A DNA stretch of 64,000 nucleotides from Eledone cirrhosa (GCA_964016885.1 OZ024745.1:111414001-111478000), one strand, 5' to 3'; positions 39,486 through 54,840 are shown, numbered from the stretch's first letter. Notes: a model not told the origin generated them from the sequence alone. Numbers and translations: made by a program.

Positions 39486-39969
39486 ACTTAAAGAATTGCT
39501 CTGCCCTCACATACAGAAAAAAAATAGGAAAAAAAAAATAAATGAACCTAGAATTTATCAAGAAGACCAAAACAACAACCAACCACCTACCACCACAAAG
39601 CTAAGATCACATCACTTATGGATTTTAGTTTGTGTTTTTTGTTGTTGAGCTTTTTTTTTTATTCTGGTACGTGGTTGTTGTTTTTTTTTTGTTTTTTTGT
39701 CTTTGGAAGAAGAATTCTTGTTTGATCTTGATTGAAGACACTGGCTTTTTTCCAAATTAACCTCTTCCAATATAAATGCAGGCAGGCCTTGTTTATGGCA
39801 CTGACTAGTAATTTCCATTCTTTCCACTTTTTCTCATGCTTCCTTCCAGTAAGGGTAAGGGATTTGTTGCTAACCTGTTTTTTTGTTTTTTTTTTTGTGT
39901 TGTGTTTTGTTTTTTTGCTATCTATCTAACTTTCTGTCTGCCCAACAATTTTAACTTCACACTTTCCTG

Positions 39970-42110
39970 TCACCATCACCATCATCATAATCATCATCAC
40001 TATCAACACCATCATCATCATTATATATGCTGCTATCCCTTCCATCATCCCCTCCAACTCCACTGACATCACCACCACTAACATCATCACCACTATCACC
40101 ACCACCACTAACATCATCACCACTAACATCATCACCACTAACACCACCACCACTATCACTACCACCACTAACATCATCACCACTAACATCATCACCACTA
40201 ACACCACCACCACTATCACCACCACCACTATCACCACCACCACTAACACTACCACCACCACCACTAACATCATCACCACTAACACCACCACCACTATCAC
40301 CACCACCACTAACACCACCACCACTATCACTACCACCACTAACATCATCACCACTAACATCATCACCACTAACACCACCACCACTATCACCACCACCACT
40401 ATCACCACCACCACTAACACTACCACCACCACCACTAACATCATCACCACTAACACCACCACCACTATCACCACCACCACTAACACCACCACCACTATCA
40501 CTACCACCACCAACATCATCACCACTAACACCACCACCACTATCACCACCACCACTAACATCATCACCACTAACACCACCACCACTATCACTACCACCAC
40601 CAACATCATCACCACTAACACCACCACCACTATCACCACCACCACTAACATCATCACCACTAACACCACCACCACTATCACCACCACCACTAACACTACT
40701 ACCACCACCACTAACACTACCACCACTAACACTACCATCACTATCACCACCACCACTATCACCACCACCACTATCACCACCACCACTAACACCACCACCA
40801 CTAACACCACCACCACTAACACCACCACCACTATCACCACTAACATCACCACCACTAACACCACTATCACCACCACTCTCACTACCACCACTATCACCAC
40901 CACCACTATCACCACCACCACTATCACCCCCACTATCACCACCACTCTCACTACCACCACTATCACCACTACCACTATCACCACCACCACCACTATCACC
41001 ACCACTATCACCACCACTCTCACTACCACCACTATCACCACTACCACTATCACCACCACCACCACTATCACCACCACCACCACTATCACCACCACCACTA
41101 ACACCACCACCGCTCTCACTACCACCACCATCAAAACCACCACTATCACCACCACCACTATCACCACCACCACTACCACCACTAACATCACCACCACTAA
41201 CACCACCACCACTCTCACTACCACCACTAACACCGCCACTACTTACATCCCACACACACACATTAACATCACCAAAACCACCACCAGCTCTCTCCCACCA
41301 CCACCACATCACACTCACCACTACTATCAACATCATCACTATCAATACCACTACAATCAATACCATTACCACCATTAATAACAACACCACCACCACCATT
41401 ATTACCATCACCACCACCATCATTACCATCACCGCCACCATCATTACCATCACCGCCATCATCATTACCATCACCGCCACCATCATTACCATCACCGCCA
41501 CCATTATTACCATCACCACCACCATCATTACCATCACCGCCACCATCATTACCATCACCGCCACCATCATTACCATCACCACCACCATCATTACCATCAC
41601 CGCCACCATCATTACCATCACCGCCACCATCATTACCATCACCGCCACCATCATTACCATCACCGCCACCATCATTACCATCACCGCCATCATCATTACC
41701 ATCACCACCACCATCATTACCATCACCGCCACCATCATTACCATCACCACCACCATCATTACCATCACCGCCATCATCATTACCATCACCACCACCATCA
41801 TTACCATCACCGCCACCATCATTACCATCACCGCCACCATCATTACCATCACCGCCACCATCGTTACCATCACCACCACCATCATTACCATCACCACCAC
41901 CATCATTACCATCACCACAACCAACAACACCACCACCACCAGAACAATTATTTCCAAACTCCTCAGCACCAGTCTCCACCATCACAATCACCAACAAGAT
42001 AACTAACGCATTCACTACAGCAGCCACCACTCAACTGCCACCTCCACCAATCAACCACCACCACTCAACCACCACCACCACCACCACCACCACCACCAAC
42101 AGCAACCAAC
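39970..42110. repeat. (CAC)n-derived compound minisatellite (15/18-bp units at 40060-41240; 21-bp ACCATCATTACCATCACCGCC units at 41400-41915)
   Basis: Direct reading; ORFs open in several frames on both strands. Confidence 0.92.
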
Positions 42111-42220
42111 ACCACTGACAGCAACAGCAACAACAAAACTTTTACAATTACTTACAGCCTCTCTCTCTCTATATATATATTAATTCCAAATATTAAAATA
42201 GATATTCTTGTGATCAATTA

Positions 42221-42287
42221 TATTTTATTATACATATTTCAGATGTGCTGGATTAAGTTCAACAGTACGTCCTCATCAGATAAAATA
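42221..42287 (-). ncRNA. Type I hammerhead ribozyme (inverted copy, two substitutions in stem II)
   Basis: Minus strand TATTTTAT-CTGATGA-GGA-C-GTACTG..CAGCAC-A-TCT-GAAA-TATGTA-TA-ATAAAATA. Confidence 0.7.
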
Positions 42288-44114
42288 AAATGCTACATGA
42301 CATACCCTGACATGGTAGATGGTTAAGATTTAATCACAAATGCTCATTCTCGAATTCTAATAGGAAGTCTTCGACTTCTATATCACAGCTTATATGGTCA
42401 TAAAAAGACAAAAATTTAAAATACTCGATCTTTTGGATGAAGCTTTGTAATAGTGGAGTTTATGTCAACTCTTCTATATCAATTAACTGCAGCCTCTGTA
42501 CAAAGGAGACCTTATTAATAGTTAATAATTATGAAAACTTAATTAACAAAAAAAGTGAATTATTCTCAAACTGCCTTCATAAAGCTTTGTCTACATTCCA
42601 AGCCTCGCAAAAAGTCAGGAAAAAACAGTAAGCAATCAAGCCTGATTTTCGACGTCTATCATCAACTGTTGAACATATAAGTCATAACGGCTTATTAAAC
42701 TTTAATAATACTTTATCTTCTAATCATTTATAATGGAATTAATGTTTGAATGAATAACACTTGTTTGATAACTTGTTTACTGGATAGATATGCACACCCT
42801 ATGATTTTTTGGATATTTTTAACTTTGATTCAGATCTTTATTTTTCTATCTCTATTTTAATTATATAGTTTAGATATCTAACTTGTAAATTTACTGATTA
42901 TAATTTGAACTGTGGATCATTCATGCGTTTGCATATTTTATATATATATATATATATGATATATTTTACTCATTTTGAAATGGTTTTTGGGGACTCAGAA
43001 AGTTGGATTTGCACTTTGCTTTTTTATGTATATTTAACAAACCATAATAGCTGACAAATATTGGCCTATTTATCCACTGAACTGGCGGTAAAACTACTAA
43101 CAATGATTATAATTATTATTCTTTATTAAATGTATACCGTTTCATTAATACCTATTATATCTATATATAGTTTGTACAAATATCTTTATCTAGTGTAATA
43201 ACATAATCGTAGTTACATTTATAAATAATTTAAACACTCAAATGACATTATTATAAGTGTTTGGTTTTCCCTGGAAGGTCGAACTTATATAATCATTTAC
43301 TTAATACAATATATGAACAAATAATAAACTATAACTCGGTATGTTATGATCAATACATATATATAGCTGAAAATTCTGACTCCTTTAAGTTTAATTATAA
43401 GACCTGTTGAAACTTTAGCCACTCAAACTATTTAACAATAAATTCTTTAATAGTTATAACTATAAATATCTCATAAATTATATTATAGAAACTGTTGTCA
43501 ATATTATAAGTAATTTTGGTAAAAGTTACCTTCGAGGGGATATCGAACATTATATGTATACTTTCTTTCTTTCGCGGGTTTCGTAAATCCTTTAAATTTG
43601 TCTTCATAAAATTTAAATTTTAGAAATTTAACATAATTATATTATAATATTAATACAAATACCCATTAACTTTTAAAACTTAAATTTGATTCTTTACCCT
43701 GAAATAACATAAACTAAATATTTTGAAAATTAACCGCCAACTATACATGAATATGTGTATGTAGAAACTTGAGCATAAATTACTCCCCTTTGTCTCTCTC
43801 TCTCTCTTTAATCACCTTTCATCTGTCTTTTCAAGCTAAATACTAAATAAGTTATAATATCAGCTACTTCTTCCTCTATGCTTTCCTCTCCCTCATATTT
43901 CTCTAGTGGTTTTTTAAATATTAAAAATTCTATAACTGTTATATTGATGCCATGTATTTCTTAAAATATATTACTCACACTCTCTCTATTGATTGTATTA
44001 CGTTTTCTCATGTTCTCAATATTAGGGTATAAATATTGAGTTTTGTCATAAGTTAATCACTACCTTGATTAAATCTTAACCATCTACCATGTCAGGGTAT
44101 GTCATGTATCATTT

Positions 44115-44181
44115 TATTTTATCTGATGAGGACGTACTGTTGAACTTAATTCAGTACCTCTGAAATATGTATAATAAAATA
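44115..44181 (+). ncRNA. Minimal type I hammerhead ribozyme (PLE-associated)
   Basis: Stem I TATTTTAT/ATAAAATA, core CTGATGA (44123-44129), stem II GGA-C-GTACTG/CAGTAC-C-TCT, GAAA (44162-44165), near-palindromic TATGTA, predicted AUA cleavage after 44173. Confidence 0.85.
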
Positions 44182-44318
44182 TAATTGATCACAAGAATAT
44201 CTATTTTGTTAATATTTGGAATTAATATTAATAACTCTGGAAAATATTTTTTGTAGAGTGCTTCCATTCTATTGTAAAACTCATTCTTTGATGTATTCAT
44301 TGAATCTTGTTTAAGTCT

Positions 44319-44363
<45 letters not shown>

Positions 44364-44584
44364 TTGCGAGGTTTTTGATATGAAATCGTGTGTCGAAACA
44401 AATATTGTTATACTTGGGGAGGGTCATATTTGTGTAATAATATTGCCAGAATTAATAACAGAACACACTCACTGTTTGGTTGGTTTTCGCTTCTATGTCT
44501 TTTATATCGGTTAATTTAATTTATTCGGTCCTCAATGTTACCATTGACTGACCAACGGTCAAAAATCAACACTTCATCAACCGC

Positions 44585-45322
44585 ATGCAGTTCTCTGGCT
44601 ACAACCAAAGAGACAGAAACAGAGTATACGAAGGAGCCACGGAGAAGTATAAGACCCTCATAGAACTGGACATGAAAGGAATTTTCCCATTATACAGGAG
44701 CAAATCATGGAATAGCTTAGATAGGACTAGACATAAGATAGGAAAAGCCACCTCATGGTACGACAACCAGAGATATCAGAGTGTCATGTTTGTGGATGCT
44801 ACCCCTGGAGGGAAATTAGCTAACCAGTGTAGAAAGGCCCTGAGAAAGACCCACTTAAAGATTAAGGTGGTAGAAAAGCCAGGAACCAACATAAAATCCC
44901 TGATCAGCAAAACCTACCCTTTTAAGAAAACCCACTGTACTAATAGGAAATGTATTATATGTAAGGTAAACCCCCGAATAAACTGTAAAACTAGAAACGT
45001 AGTCTATAGCATAAGATATACAGAGGGTACTTGCAGAAACATGACAACAACATACATAGGCGAGACAGCTCGTAGCATAGGTGAAAGGATAGACCAACAC
45101 TGGGGGGAACTAAAAGGACGAAAAAAAGGTTCAGTACTATACGCACATGCCAGACAGCAACACGACGGTAACATAGACAACATAGAAATTAGAATATCTA
45201 AACATAGAAATGACCCAGTAGATAGGCAGATCAGAGAGGCCAGCGAAATAGAACTTAGAAGGCCAAGGCTAAACAGAAAAAATGAATGGAATAACAACAA
45301 CAAACAAACAATACTGACCTAA
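44585..45322 (+). CDS. PLE RT thumb, Cys-rich linker and GIY-YIG endonuclease (5'-truncated ORF, Neptune-like linker)
   Basis: CTNRKCIIC..NCKTRNVVYSI..YIGETARSIGERIDQH..RQIREA..LNRKNEW; open for 245 codons. Confidence 0.88.
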   Translation: MQFSGYNQRDRNRVYEGATEKYKTLIELDMKGIFPLYRSKSWNSLDRTRHKIGKATSWYDNQRYQSVMFVDATPGGKLANQCRKALRKTHLKIKVVEKPGTNIKSLISKTYPFKKTHCTNRKCIICKVNPRINCKTRNVVYSIRYTEGTCRNMTTTYIGETARSIGERIDQHWGELKGRKKGSVLYAHARQQHDGNIDNIEIRISKHRNDPVDRQIREASEIELRRPRLNRKNEWNNNNKQTILT

Positions 45323-45554
45323 GAGAAGTATAAATAAATACATACACAAGCACAATAACAACAAACACATATAAACACACACTAGTAAACTAAGATAGAA
45401 TATAATAACCAATACACAGTCACCCAAACACGAACATACATCAAACACTATACGCAAACGCATGCGCAGAGAAGACAAAAAAAATAATTAATAAAAAATA
45501 AACAGACTAAATAAAGATGGCGTAGGCATACAATACAACAAAAGGAAACATAAT

Positions 45555-45600
45555 AGCACCACTGATGAGGTTGCAGATGTGCAACGAAAGAACTTTGTTA
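45555..45600 (+). ncRNA. Hammerhead-like core in the 3' region of the PLE (stem I/III not convincing)
   Basis: CTGATGA-G-GTTGCA-GATG-TGCAAC-GAAA; 6-bp stem II at the expected position downstream of the ORF. Confidence 0.5.
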
Positions 45601-45856
45601 GACTATATATATGTGTTTGTGTCTATATTATATCTGTATTTTTGACCGTTGGTCGGTCAATGGTAACATTGAGGACCGAATAAATTAAATTAACCGATAT
45701 AAAAGACCTAGAAGCGAAAACCAACCAAACAGTGAGTGTGTTCTGTTATTAATTCTGGCAATATTATTACACAAATATGACCCTCCCCAAGTATAACAAT
45801 ATATATATAAATAAAATATATATATACATACATATATTTATATATATATATAACGA

Positions 45857-46372
<516 letters not shown>

Positions 46373-46400
46373 ATGTATATATATATATATGTATGTAATG

Positions 46401-46432
<32 letters not shown>

Positions 46433-47236
46433 TATGTATATATATATATATATATATGCATACATATAAATATATATATGTATACATTACATACCTATAT
46501 ATATACATACATTACATACCTATATATATATATACATTACATATATATATATATATACATACATATATATATACATATATATATACATACATATATACAT
46601 ACATATATATATAAATACATATATACATACATATATATATAAATATATATATATACATACATATATATACATTCATATATATATAGCTATTTCAGGGCAC
46701 CAATTCATAAATTTACCAAAACTGCAATTCTGTGTTTCTCTCTTTCTCTCTTACTGCTCCCTCGTTCTCTCTGTTTCTCTTACTTTCTTTCGTCCCCTCT
46801 GCCATGTCAGTTAACTCTTTCTCTCTACTGACCTCTTCCTCGCACTCCCACTCACTCAGTCCCTGTTTCTCCCCTTCTTTCTTCCTCCCGTTCGCTGGGA
46901 AAACGGTTTTCATTCTTTCTAACACCGGATTCACGAGCGAAAGGTCTGTTTTCCGACTCGCCCATATATTCACACAGCTTATGCTGAAAGAATAACTATG
47001 TTGCTTGTGTTTATTTCCATCTTCGGTTAGCTTCCCCCTGTGTTGTTTACTTGTCTCACTCGCTTTACGCGTTTCTATTGTCCTAATAACTTATTTTAGT
47101 TATTATCGCTCCAACGTGAGGTATATGATTTTTAATGCGATGAAATACCCATGATCGTTTGGTAAATCACTGATGAGGGACTCACTTTATAACATGTTAT
47201 CCATGTGCAACCAGCAGTTTTCTTCTCACCCACATT

Positions 47237-47275
<39 letters not shown>

Positions 47276-47441
47276 GTATTCCCATAGGAAAGGTACAGGA
47301 AAAGAGAGTGCTCTATGTAGGCAAGAGTCATCAGAATGTTCTGACAACTGAAGACAGATATAAATATCTGCCTTCAAGAAACCACTGGTAAATGCAATAA
47401 TTATCGTATGTTGTTTATTACATAACTATATATATATATAT

Positions 47442-47525
<84 letters not shown>

Positions 47526-48671
47526 TTATCACTTAACATCCATTTTACACGCTAGCATGGGTTAGACAGGTTGTCTCGTTTGAGGCATGTCAAGTCAGGT
47601 ATCCATGTCCTCTCAAAGAACTGCTTCTGACTAGGTTTCTATGGCTGGATGCCCTTCCTAATGCCAACCACGTTTGCAGTGTGGACTGGGTTTCTTTTTG
47701 TCGTGACACCTACACAATCACTTTACAGTGTGGCCTGTGTGCTGGACCATGGGAGATGTATATATACATATATGTATATATATATATATGTATATATATA
47801 TATGTATATATATATATGTATATATGTACCAAAGATTAATATGGTTCATTGATTACTCAATGAATATAGTTTTACAATAGATTAAAAGCACTCTACAGCT
47901 ACAGAGTGAATAATATGTATATATGTATGTATATACATGTGTGTGTATATATATGTGTGTGTGTGTGTATGTGTGTATATGTGTGTGTGTGTATGTATAT
48001 ATATACATATATATATGTGTGTATGTATGTGTGTATGTATGTGTGTATATATTTTATGTATATTGTATATATATATATATACATATATTACATATATATA
48101 ATATATATATTATATATATATATTGCACATATATATATTATATATTATATGTATAGATACATAGGGAATATAATTAACAGATATAGTAGAATATAGAACT
48201 GCCTGTCAAATGTGTTTATATGTAGTAAATATAAATATGTGTATGCACACATTTATACATGTGTGTATGTGTCTATGTGTGCACAGACACACATGCTCAA
48301 ACACATTGTTTTGGGTAATGAAAAAGTAATGTTTTAACAACAAACATCAACCAAGAGTAAGTGTAGAAAACACCATAAATAAAAGATATCCATTAAACAT
48401 GCAATGCCAACGAGAACAACAACAACAACAACAAAAACATAAGAAAGAAGAAGAAGAAAAACACAAAAGAAAGAGAAAAAAATAGAAACAAACAAAAGAA
48501 ACCTCTGAGGCTACTAATAGCAACATAGACATTTAACAGGTTGCAGAAAAAAAATAAAATAAAACTCCTCTTTGCAGATCTCCAGATCCCTCGCTCCCAT
48601 CATCCCAAAGTACAACAAACATGCAATATATATATATATATATATGTTTATGTGTGTGTACATATATACAT

Positions 48672-49000
48672 GGAGGCACATGGCTTAGTGGTTAGAGCAT
48701 TGGCCTTGCAATCGAAAGGTTGTGAGTTCAATTCTCAGACCGGGTGATGTGTTGTTTCCTTGAGCAAGACACTTTATTTCACATTGCTCCAGTTTACTCA
48801 GCTGTAGAAATGAGATGATAGGGACTGGGGTCCATATCATTCCACTGCAAGGTGGTCGTGGAGGTGCTATGGCAAAAAAGCACCCAGCACTCACTGTAAA
48901 TGAGGTTGGTGTTAGGAAGGGCATCCAACTGTAGAAATCAAGCCAGAATCAGCAAGCAGGGAAAAGTGGACGTAAAATGAAATGATGATGATGATGATGA
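48672..49000 (+). mobile_element. SINE family B (small deletion near tail)
   Basis: Near identical to other family B copies; inserted in TA-rich repeat. Confidence 0.9.
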
Positions 49001-49006
49001 TATACA

Positions 49007-49037
<31 letters not shown>

Positions 49038-49096
49038 TAGTTTAGTAGACCACATTGAATATATAAATATATAATATATATATATGTTTATGTGTG

Positions 49097-49144
<48 letters not shown>

Positions 49145-49273
49145 TCTAAGTATGTGTATATATTATATGTATATTATATATACACATGTTTGTGTGTGTA
49201 TAAGCACATGGATGTGAGTGTGTAGTAATAAATACAAAGACCAAAATCCAGAGAGAAGTCGATAAGGGCTGTG

Positions 49274-49468
49274 TCATCATCATCACCATTTTACGTCCAT
49301 TCTTCTACGCTAGCATGGGTTAGACGGGTTGTCCTGTTGGCTGATCTTGTCTTGCTCATACAGGAACTGATTCTGGCTTGATTTCTACAGCTGGATGCCC
49401 TTCCTAATACCAACCTCATTTACTGGGTGCTTTTTTGCCAGGGCACCTCCACGACCACTTTGCAGTGG
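49274..49468 (-). mobile_element. 5'-truncated SINE B-related copy with alternative tail
   Basis: GGAACTGATTCTGGCTTGATTTCTACAGCTGGATGCCCTTCC shared with family B; tail differs. Confidence 0.75.
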
Positions 49469-49486
49469 GAGGGGTGGGGGCATATT

Positions 49487-49523
<37 letters not shown>

Positions 49524-49682
49524 CTCCACCCAACTCTTTTTATCCCAATAACTTAATTTAATTATTGTATTGCCCTAGCCGGAAGTATATGGTCTGTAAT
49601 GCAAAGAAATACCTATGATAGCTAGTAGACCACTGATGATGGATAGTCCAGGCTTCTATATATATATACACATATATATACA

Positions 49683-49716
<34 letters not shown>

Positions 49717-49747
49717 CATACATATATATATATATACATATACATAT

Positions 49748-49809
<62 letters not shown>

Positions 49810-50864
49810 ATATACATATATATATACATATATATATATATACATATATACATACATATATACATACATATATATATACATATATACATACATATATATA
49901 TATATATACATATATACATACATATATATATACATATATACATATATATATATACATATATACATACATATATATATATACATATATACATACATATATA
50001 TATACATATATACATATATATATATATATAAACCCACAGAACAAATATTTATTATTAGTAGCACAGATTAATAGTTTTCGCAAATAATTTCTGCCTCCAC
50101 CCTAAAGTATCAATCCGTGGACACAGGTATAAATATTTCGAAAAAATATTGCTTTTAAAAAATAAAAAGGTAACATGCAAAACCATTCACTTGAATTTTG
50201 GCAAATTGTATGCAAAGAGAATAAAAGTGATCTAATTATGACATTAAGTGAAGTGGGAAGAACTAATTTGTGCTATAAAAAAATAAGGAGGCTAATTTTC
50301 TTTTTAAATTAACTGAATATTTTCCTGCTACGGTGCATGGAAAAATTGTCTACAGGGTCACATGCAAACAATGTGGTTCCTCATAAATTGAAAGTACTGT
50401 CCAGATGTTAACACATGGATCAAGGAGCATAGGGCCATGATGGCCGGCTTCTTCTGTCAAATATCACCCTGATATATGCTGTAACCAAGACATTGCAGTC
50501 GCCATAGAGATGATGGGGAGGAATGTGAGAAATTTAAAAATTAAGGAAGCATTAATTATAAACATACAGAAATCACAAATAAACAACAGAATGTAGCTTC
50601 ATTGAGCTAAGTGGCTTTTACGAATGCTCCACGCATAGACAATCCACACACACAACATTTGAAAGATCTGTTGAAGGAGGATGCATCGTTCTTGTTTTCA
50701 TTTGAAAAGAGGGTTTTTACCTTGAAATATTATGTATAAAAATATACTTGGTAAAAAAAAATATTTTATTTTGTTTTATTTGTCATCCTTTACCTCAGTA
50801 CCACCTTTATATATATAATTCCATCTGCATTGCACTGGCTTTCTAAAGTTCTTATTATACACAC

Positions 50865-50906
<42 letters not shown>

Positions 50907-50924
50907 ATATATATAATACACCCA

Positions 50925-50963
<39 letters not shown>

Positions 50964-51583
50964 TACACACGTGTATATATATATATATCATACATACATG
51001 TGTGTATGTATAATTTTTTTTTTCAAACAGCACTCAATGCTATATAAAAGTTTGCCAAAATTATGTGTTTTTAGATGGCTTACTACATCTGTATTACATA
51101 GGTAAGAAAGAAAATCATATTTCATGCATGCTGCTGTCTTTCAAACTTCCCATGGATTAAGTCAACATAAAAAGAAATAGTACCAAATACCTATACACAC
51201 TCTAGTGTACATACATACATACGTATGAGTGTGTATTTGTGAATACACACACATACACATATACACACACATGTGAAATATACTTTTGAACTCTGTAAAA
51301 ACTAATTGGCCCTTCCAACCATTTGTTAACCTCTCATAGTGTACATAAAAACAATGATCAGTAATGGTGAGAAATTACTCCCCAACGCTGGTCATCCATC
51401 ATTAACCAACTGAAGAGATAAAGAATTTTCCACTCACACATGCTCTAGTTATATATATTCTTTCTATTTTGTTATTGATTGGGGGACAGAGAGAGGGGTA
51501 GGGGAGAGAAGGACAAAGTCAGATATAGAAGAAATTCCTCAGTAGGGAAATACTGGGGAGGAGATGAATGTGAAGAAATTGGT

Positions 51584-51638
<55 letters not shown>

Positions 51639-51802
51639 AAGGCATCAAGCCAGTATAGTGTCAGTGTGAAGGACAAATCATCAGAATACAGTGATAGTTC
51701 CATGAGTCAGAGGGAAAAATTACCAATATATATATATATATACACACACATATATATATATGTATGTATGTGTGAGAGAGAGTGTGTGTATACATATGCA
51801 TA

Positions 51803-51850
<48 letters not shown>

Positions 51851-54469
51851 CAGTGAGAGAGAGAGAGATAAAGAGGGGTGAGTTCAAGCTTGTTTGGTAA
51901 GTTTATGTGACATCAGCCACCCATTATCACTGTTGTATTGCCATAGATGATATGACAAACACAGGATAATTTCTTCATATCTGATACTATTTTTATGTTG
52001 ACTCTTCAACTGTGTGTGAAAGAGAGAGAGTGGGGAGAGGGGAAGGAGCAAAAGGAACATTAGTAATGAGATAAATAAAGAGAAGGGAAGAAAGCAAGAA
52101 ATTGGCAGAAGAAAATTGGCATATGAAGATGCTTTAGAAATATGTGGAAAATAAAAATTTAGGATGTATTTAGGAGAGATAAATCTCCCTGTAATTTACT
52201 CATTTTCAGAGGAATCCATGCATTTTGAGCCTGGATTTCTATCATTCTAAACTAAATCATTAAATAATATGTTTTAGGCTCTATCCTTAATACATAATTT
52301 ATGTTAATCTATGTTAAATCTATATCAAAATGACTGTACAGCCACAGAATGTTACAATTTGTCAGAAGCATTCTTAAATTTTATTTAGAATTCATGTTAC
52401 ACAAACGTAAGACAACAAAAATAAATATTGGGGTGCAAAATATTCTAAAACGCTTCCATTCATACCAGAAATCATCATTCTGTCAACAGTGTTGTCTATT
52501 TGTCATCCTCTATCTGTATGCATGCAAGTGTGTGTAATCCATAAACATGGCTTTGTTAAAGATTGATGAATAAACCAAATATTTCTTATTCTGTTCATAA
52601 AACATGTACTATCATCATCACTCTTTAAACCTTTAGCATTTAAACTGGCTGTATCCAGCCAGAATTCTCTCACCTCCTTTTGTTCAAACCAGTAGTAACT
52701 GGCCAGCCATACTTATGTTAAGGTATTGTTCTCAAAATGAATAATATCAAAATCTCATAGTTTCGATATTATGTGAGGTAAAGTGTTTACTGTGAAAATA
52801 CAATAGTAGATATAGAGTAATGTAAATGCTAAAGGGTCTATGTCTATTTTCCATGCTAGCATGGGTTACACAGGTTGTCATATACTGAAATAAGGCTGAT
52901 CAGGTGGCCGTGTTTTTCTCATATGCTCCATTTTTAGCTTGGTTTCTGTGGCTGGATGACCTTCCTAATGCCAACTACTATGCAACATGTACTGGAACCA
53001 TTTTATTATGCCTCCAGCACCCCCACTATACAGGATAGACTAGGTGTATATGGTTGTGGCACCAGAACTACCACCTTGTAATATATAATAATTCTTCCAG
53101 TTAATAAGATCAAATAAAACAAGTTAACATATTGTTCCACTCTACTGAGTGAAATCTCCTATGCCTTTTTGATCAAAGTATTTTTGTTTTATTTTATTTT
53201 ATAGAATTTAAGGATTAGATAAAATTTGTATATTAACTTATTCTCTAGCTGGATATCATGTCTCGTTTTGCATTCTGTTCTAAATGACAAGGGAGACTAA
53301 TCACAGACTATATAAAGATGATATGGGATATATTCCTGAACAGAACACCATTCCAAGGTGATTTACACGGATTTCAGATTTCTAACAAATTTACGGTGGA
53401 TCTCTGTTAGGAAGCCTTTCAGAGAGATTGTGAGTTCCAAAAGAAAAGTAGCTTCCTTGAATTCAATACACCAAGAACTTTTGGAATTCTCAAATATATC
53501 AAGTTAATCCATTTGTTACCATATTTCTAATTAAAAAAACACTGCCTATGATTTTCAAATAATTTTTTTAAATAATCAGAAATTTGGAGGAATTTAGTAA
53601 TATAACTAACTTTCTCATTTTTAAGTTGGTGTTTGGAACATAACAAAGTTTCTTGCATAAAATGTTGCTAGAAACTTTCTAGATAACTATAAACACTTTA
53701 AAATAAACAGCTTAGTATCATGGAACTATTGGTGGTTTTAGTCAGTTAGGTATCAAAAGAGTTAATTACTTCAGAAAATCAAATGATATAATACTGAGTA
53801 GTGCTAAATTGCCATTAAAACATTCACTAGCATCAAGAATTTAAACCTTCTATTCAAATACAATACTACAATCAATGATGACAACTTTTAAGAAGTTTTC
53901 TTTTTTTTTTATTTTATATAAATAGAATTTGCAAAACAACAACAAATATTTTCTAAAATTGGTTTCCTTTTGTAAAGAGCTTCAATTATTTTAATTCTTA
54001 AAGTTCTTGAACAAAATGCAGGTGATTATGACAACTAATTAGATAAAACTGGAAATATATCTATCAGACTTTCTCCACAAACCACCAATTGATTTAATAT
54101 CATGAAAAAAAGAATTTTTTTTTTTTTTTCAATAGGAAGAAATATAAATAACTTGCTTTCTTAAAATAATTATAAATGGTTTGACGTAGCTTTTCGTTCA
54201 GTTGAGGAATTTGCCAAACCCTTTAGAATTTAGAAAATAGAAACTGTTCAATGAAATATAGTTAAAAGATTGCCATTGTCCATGCAATCATTATTTTCAG
54301 TAAGGTTATGAATATGAAATACGATGATTACTAGATTGGAGAACAGAGAAAATTAGTTCAATCACAGTAAAAGCCAATGTTTGTTATTGTTTATCCCTCC
54401 CACTCAGCCAGCCAGCCAAACCAATTCTATTCCACCACACAGGATTTCTAGCCAAGATCCTCCAATCTT

Positions 54470-54840
54470 TTTACTTCCATGTGTCTAACACCTGTGGATA
54501 TGCTTACAAAATCAGAAAACAGCACAGCCCCCATGACTTTCGGAAACATTTTTTCTTGCTCAGAGTTGCTGAAGCATGGAACAAACTACCAGCATTAGAT
54601 GTTAGTTGCCAGGACACTACATCCTTCAAAACTTCCATGCTTCCAAAATTTGCTAACACTACACCTGATTATCCCTCTCCATATACACACTTGCAAGTGT
54701 GTGTGTGTCTGTGTGTATATCATGACTCACACACTGTTCACTTTCCTGACCTTTGTACATTGTTCTATGTACTATACCGGCACCTTAAATGAGTTATATC
54801 TGCACCTGAGCACTGTACACAATAATTTTCATTATATTTA
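54470..54840 (+). pseudogene. CR1-clade LINE 3' end
   Basis: ORF 54481-54792 starts SNTCGYAYKIRKQ..FRKHFFLLRVAEAWNKLP..SFK, the typical CR1/L2 ORF2 C-terminus. Confidence 0.85.

Larger units (their letters stand above)
42180..44322 (+). mobile_element. 5'-truncated Penelope-like element (Naiad-type): inverted tail copy + GIY-YIG C-terminus + ~1.4 kb 3' region + hammerhead
   Basis: ~160-bp inverted repeat 42180-42336 / 44066-44228; ORF 42437-42631 contains CSLCTKETLLI..NLINKKSELFSNCLH, homologous to CNLCIEE..INLQTELLSTCKH at 62120-62210; (TA)n on both flanks. Confidence 0.85.
44361..45802 (+). mobile_element. 5'-truncated Penelope-like element with inverted terminal copy
   Basis: ~165-bp inverted repeat 44402-44566 / 45638-45802 flanking a GIY-YIG ORF; (TA)n on both flanks. 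Confidence 0.88.

Noticed and set aside
39926-42030. 659-670 aa extensin-like / Gly-Asp-rich ORFs
   Set aside because: (CAC)n-derived minisatellite open in multiple frames on both strands; no signal peptide, splice context or unique domain.
42180-45802. Two TIR DNA transposons (long inverted termini)
   Set aside because: Interiors encode PLE GIY-YIG sequence, not a transposase; the inverted ends are better explained as PLE tail inversions.
46895-46960. Hammerhead-like GCGAAAGGTC with flanking GGAAAAC/GTTTTCC pairing
   Set aside because: No CUGANGA-like core at the required position.
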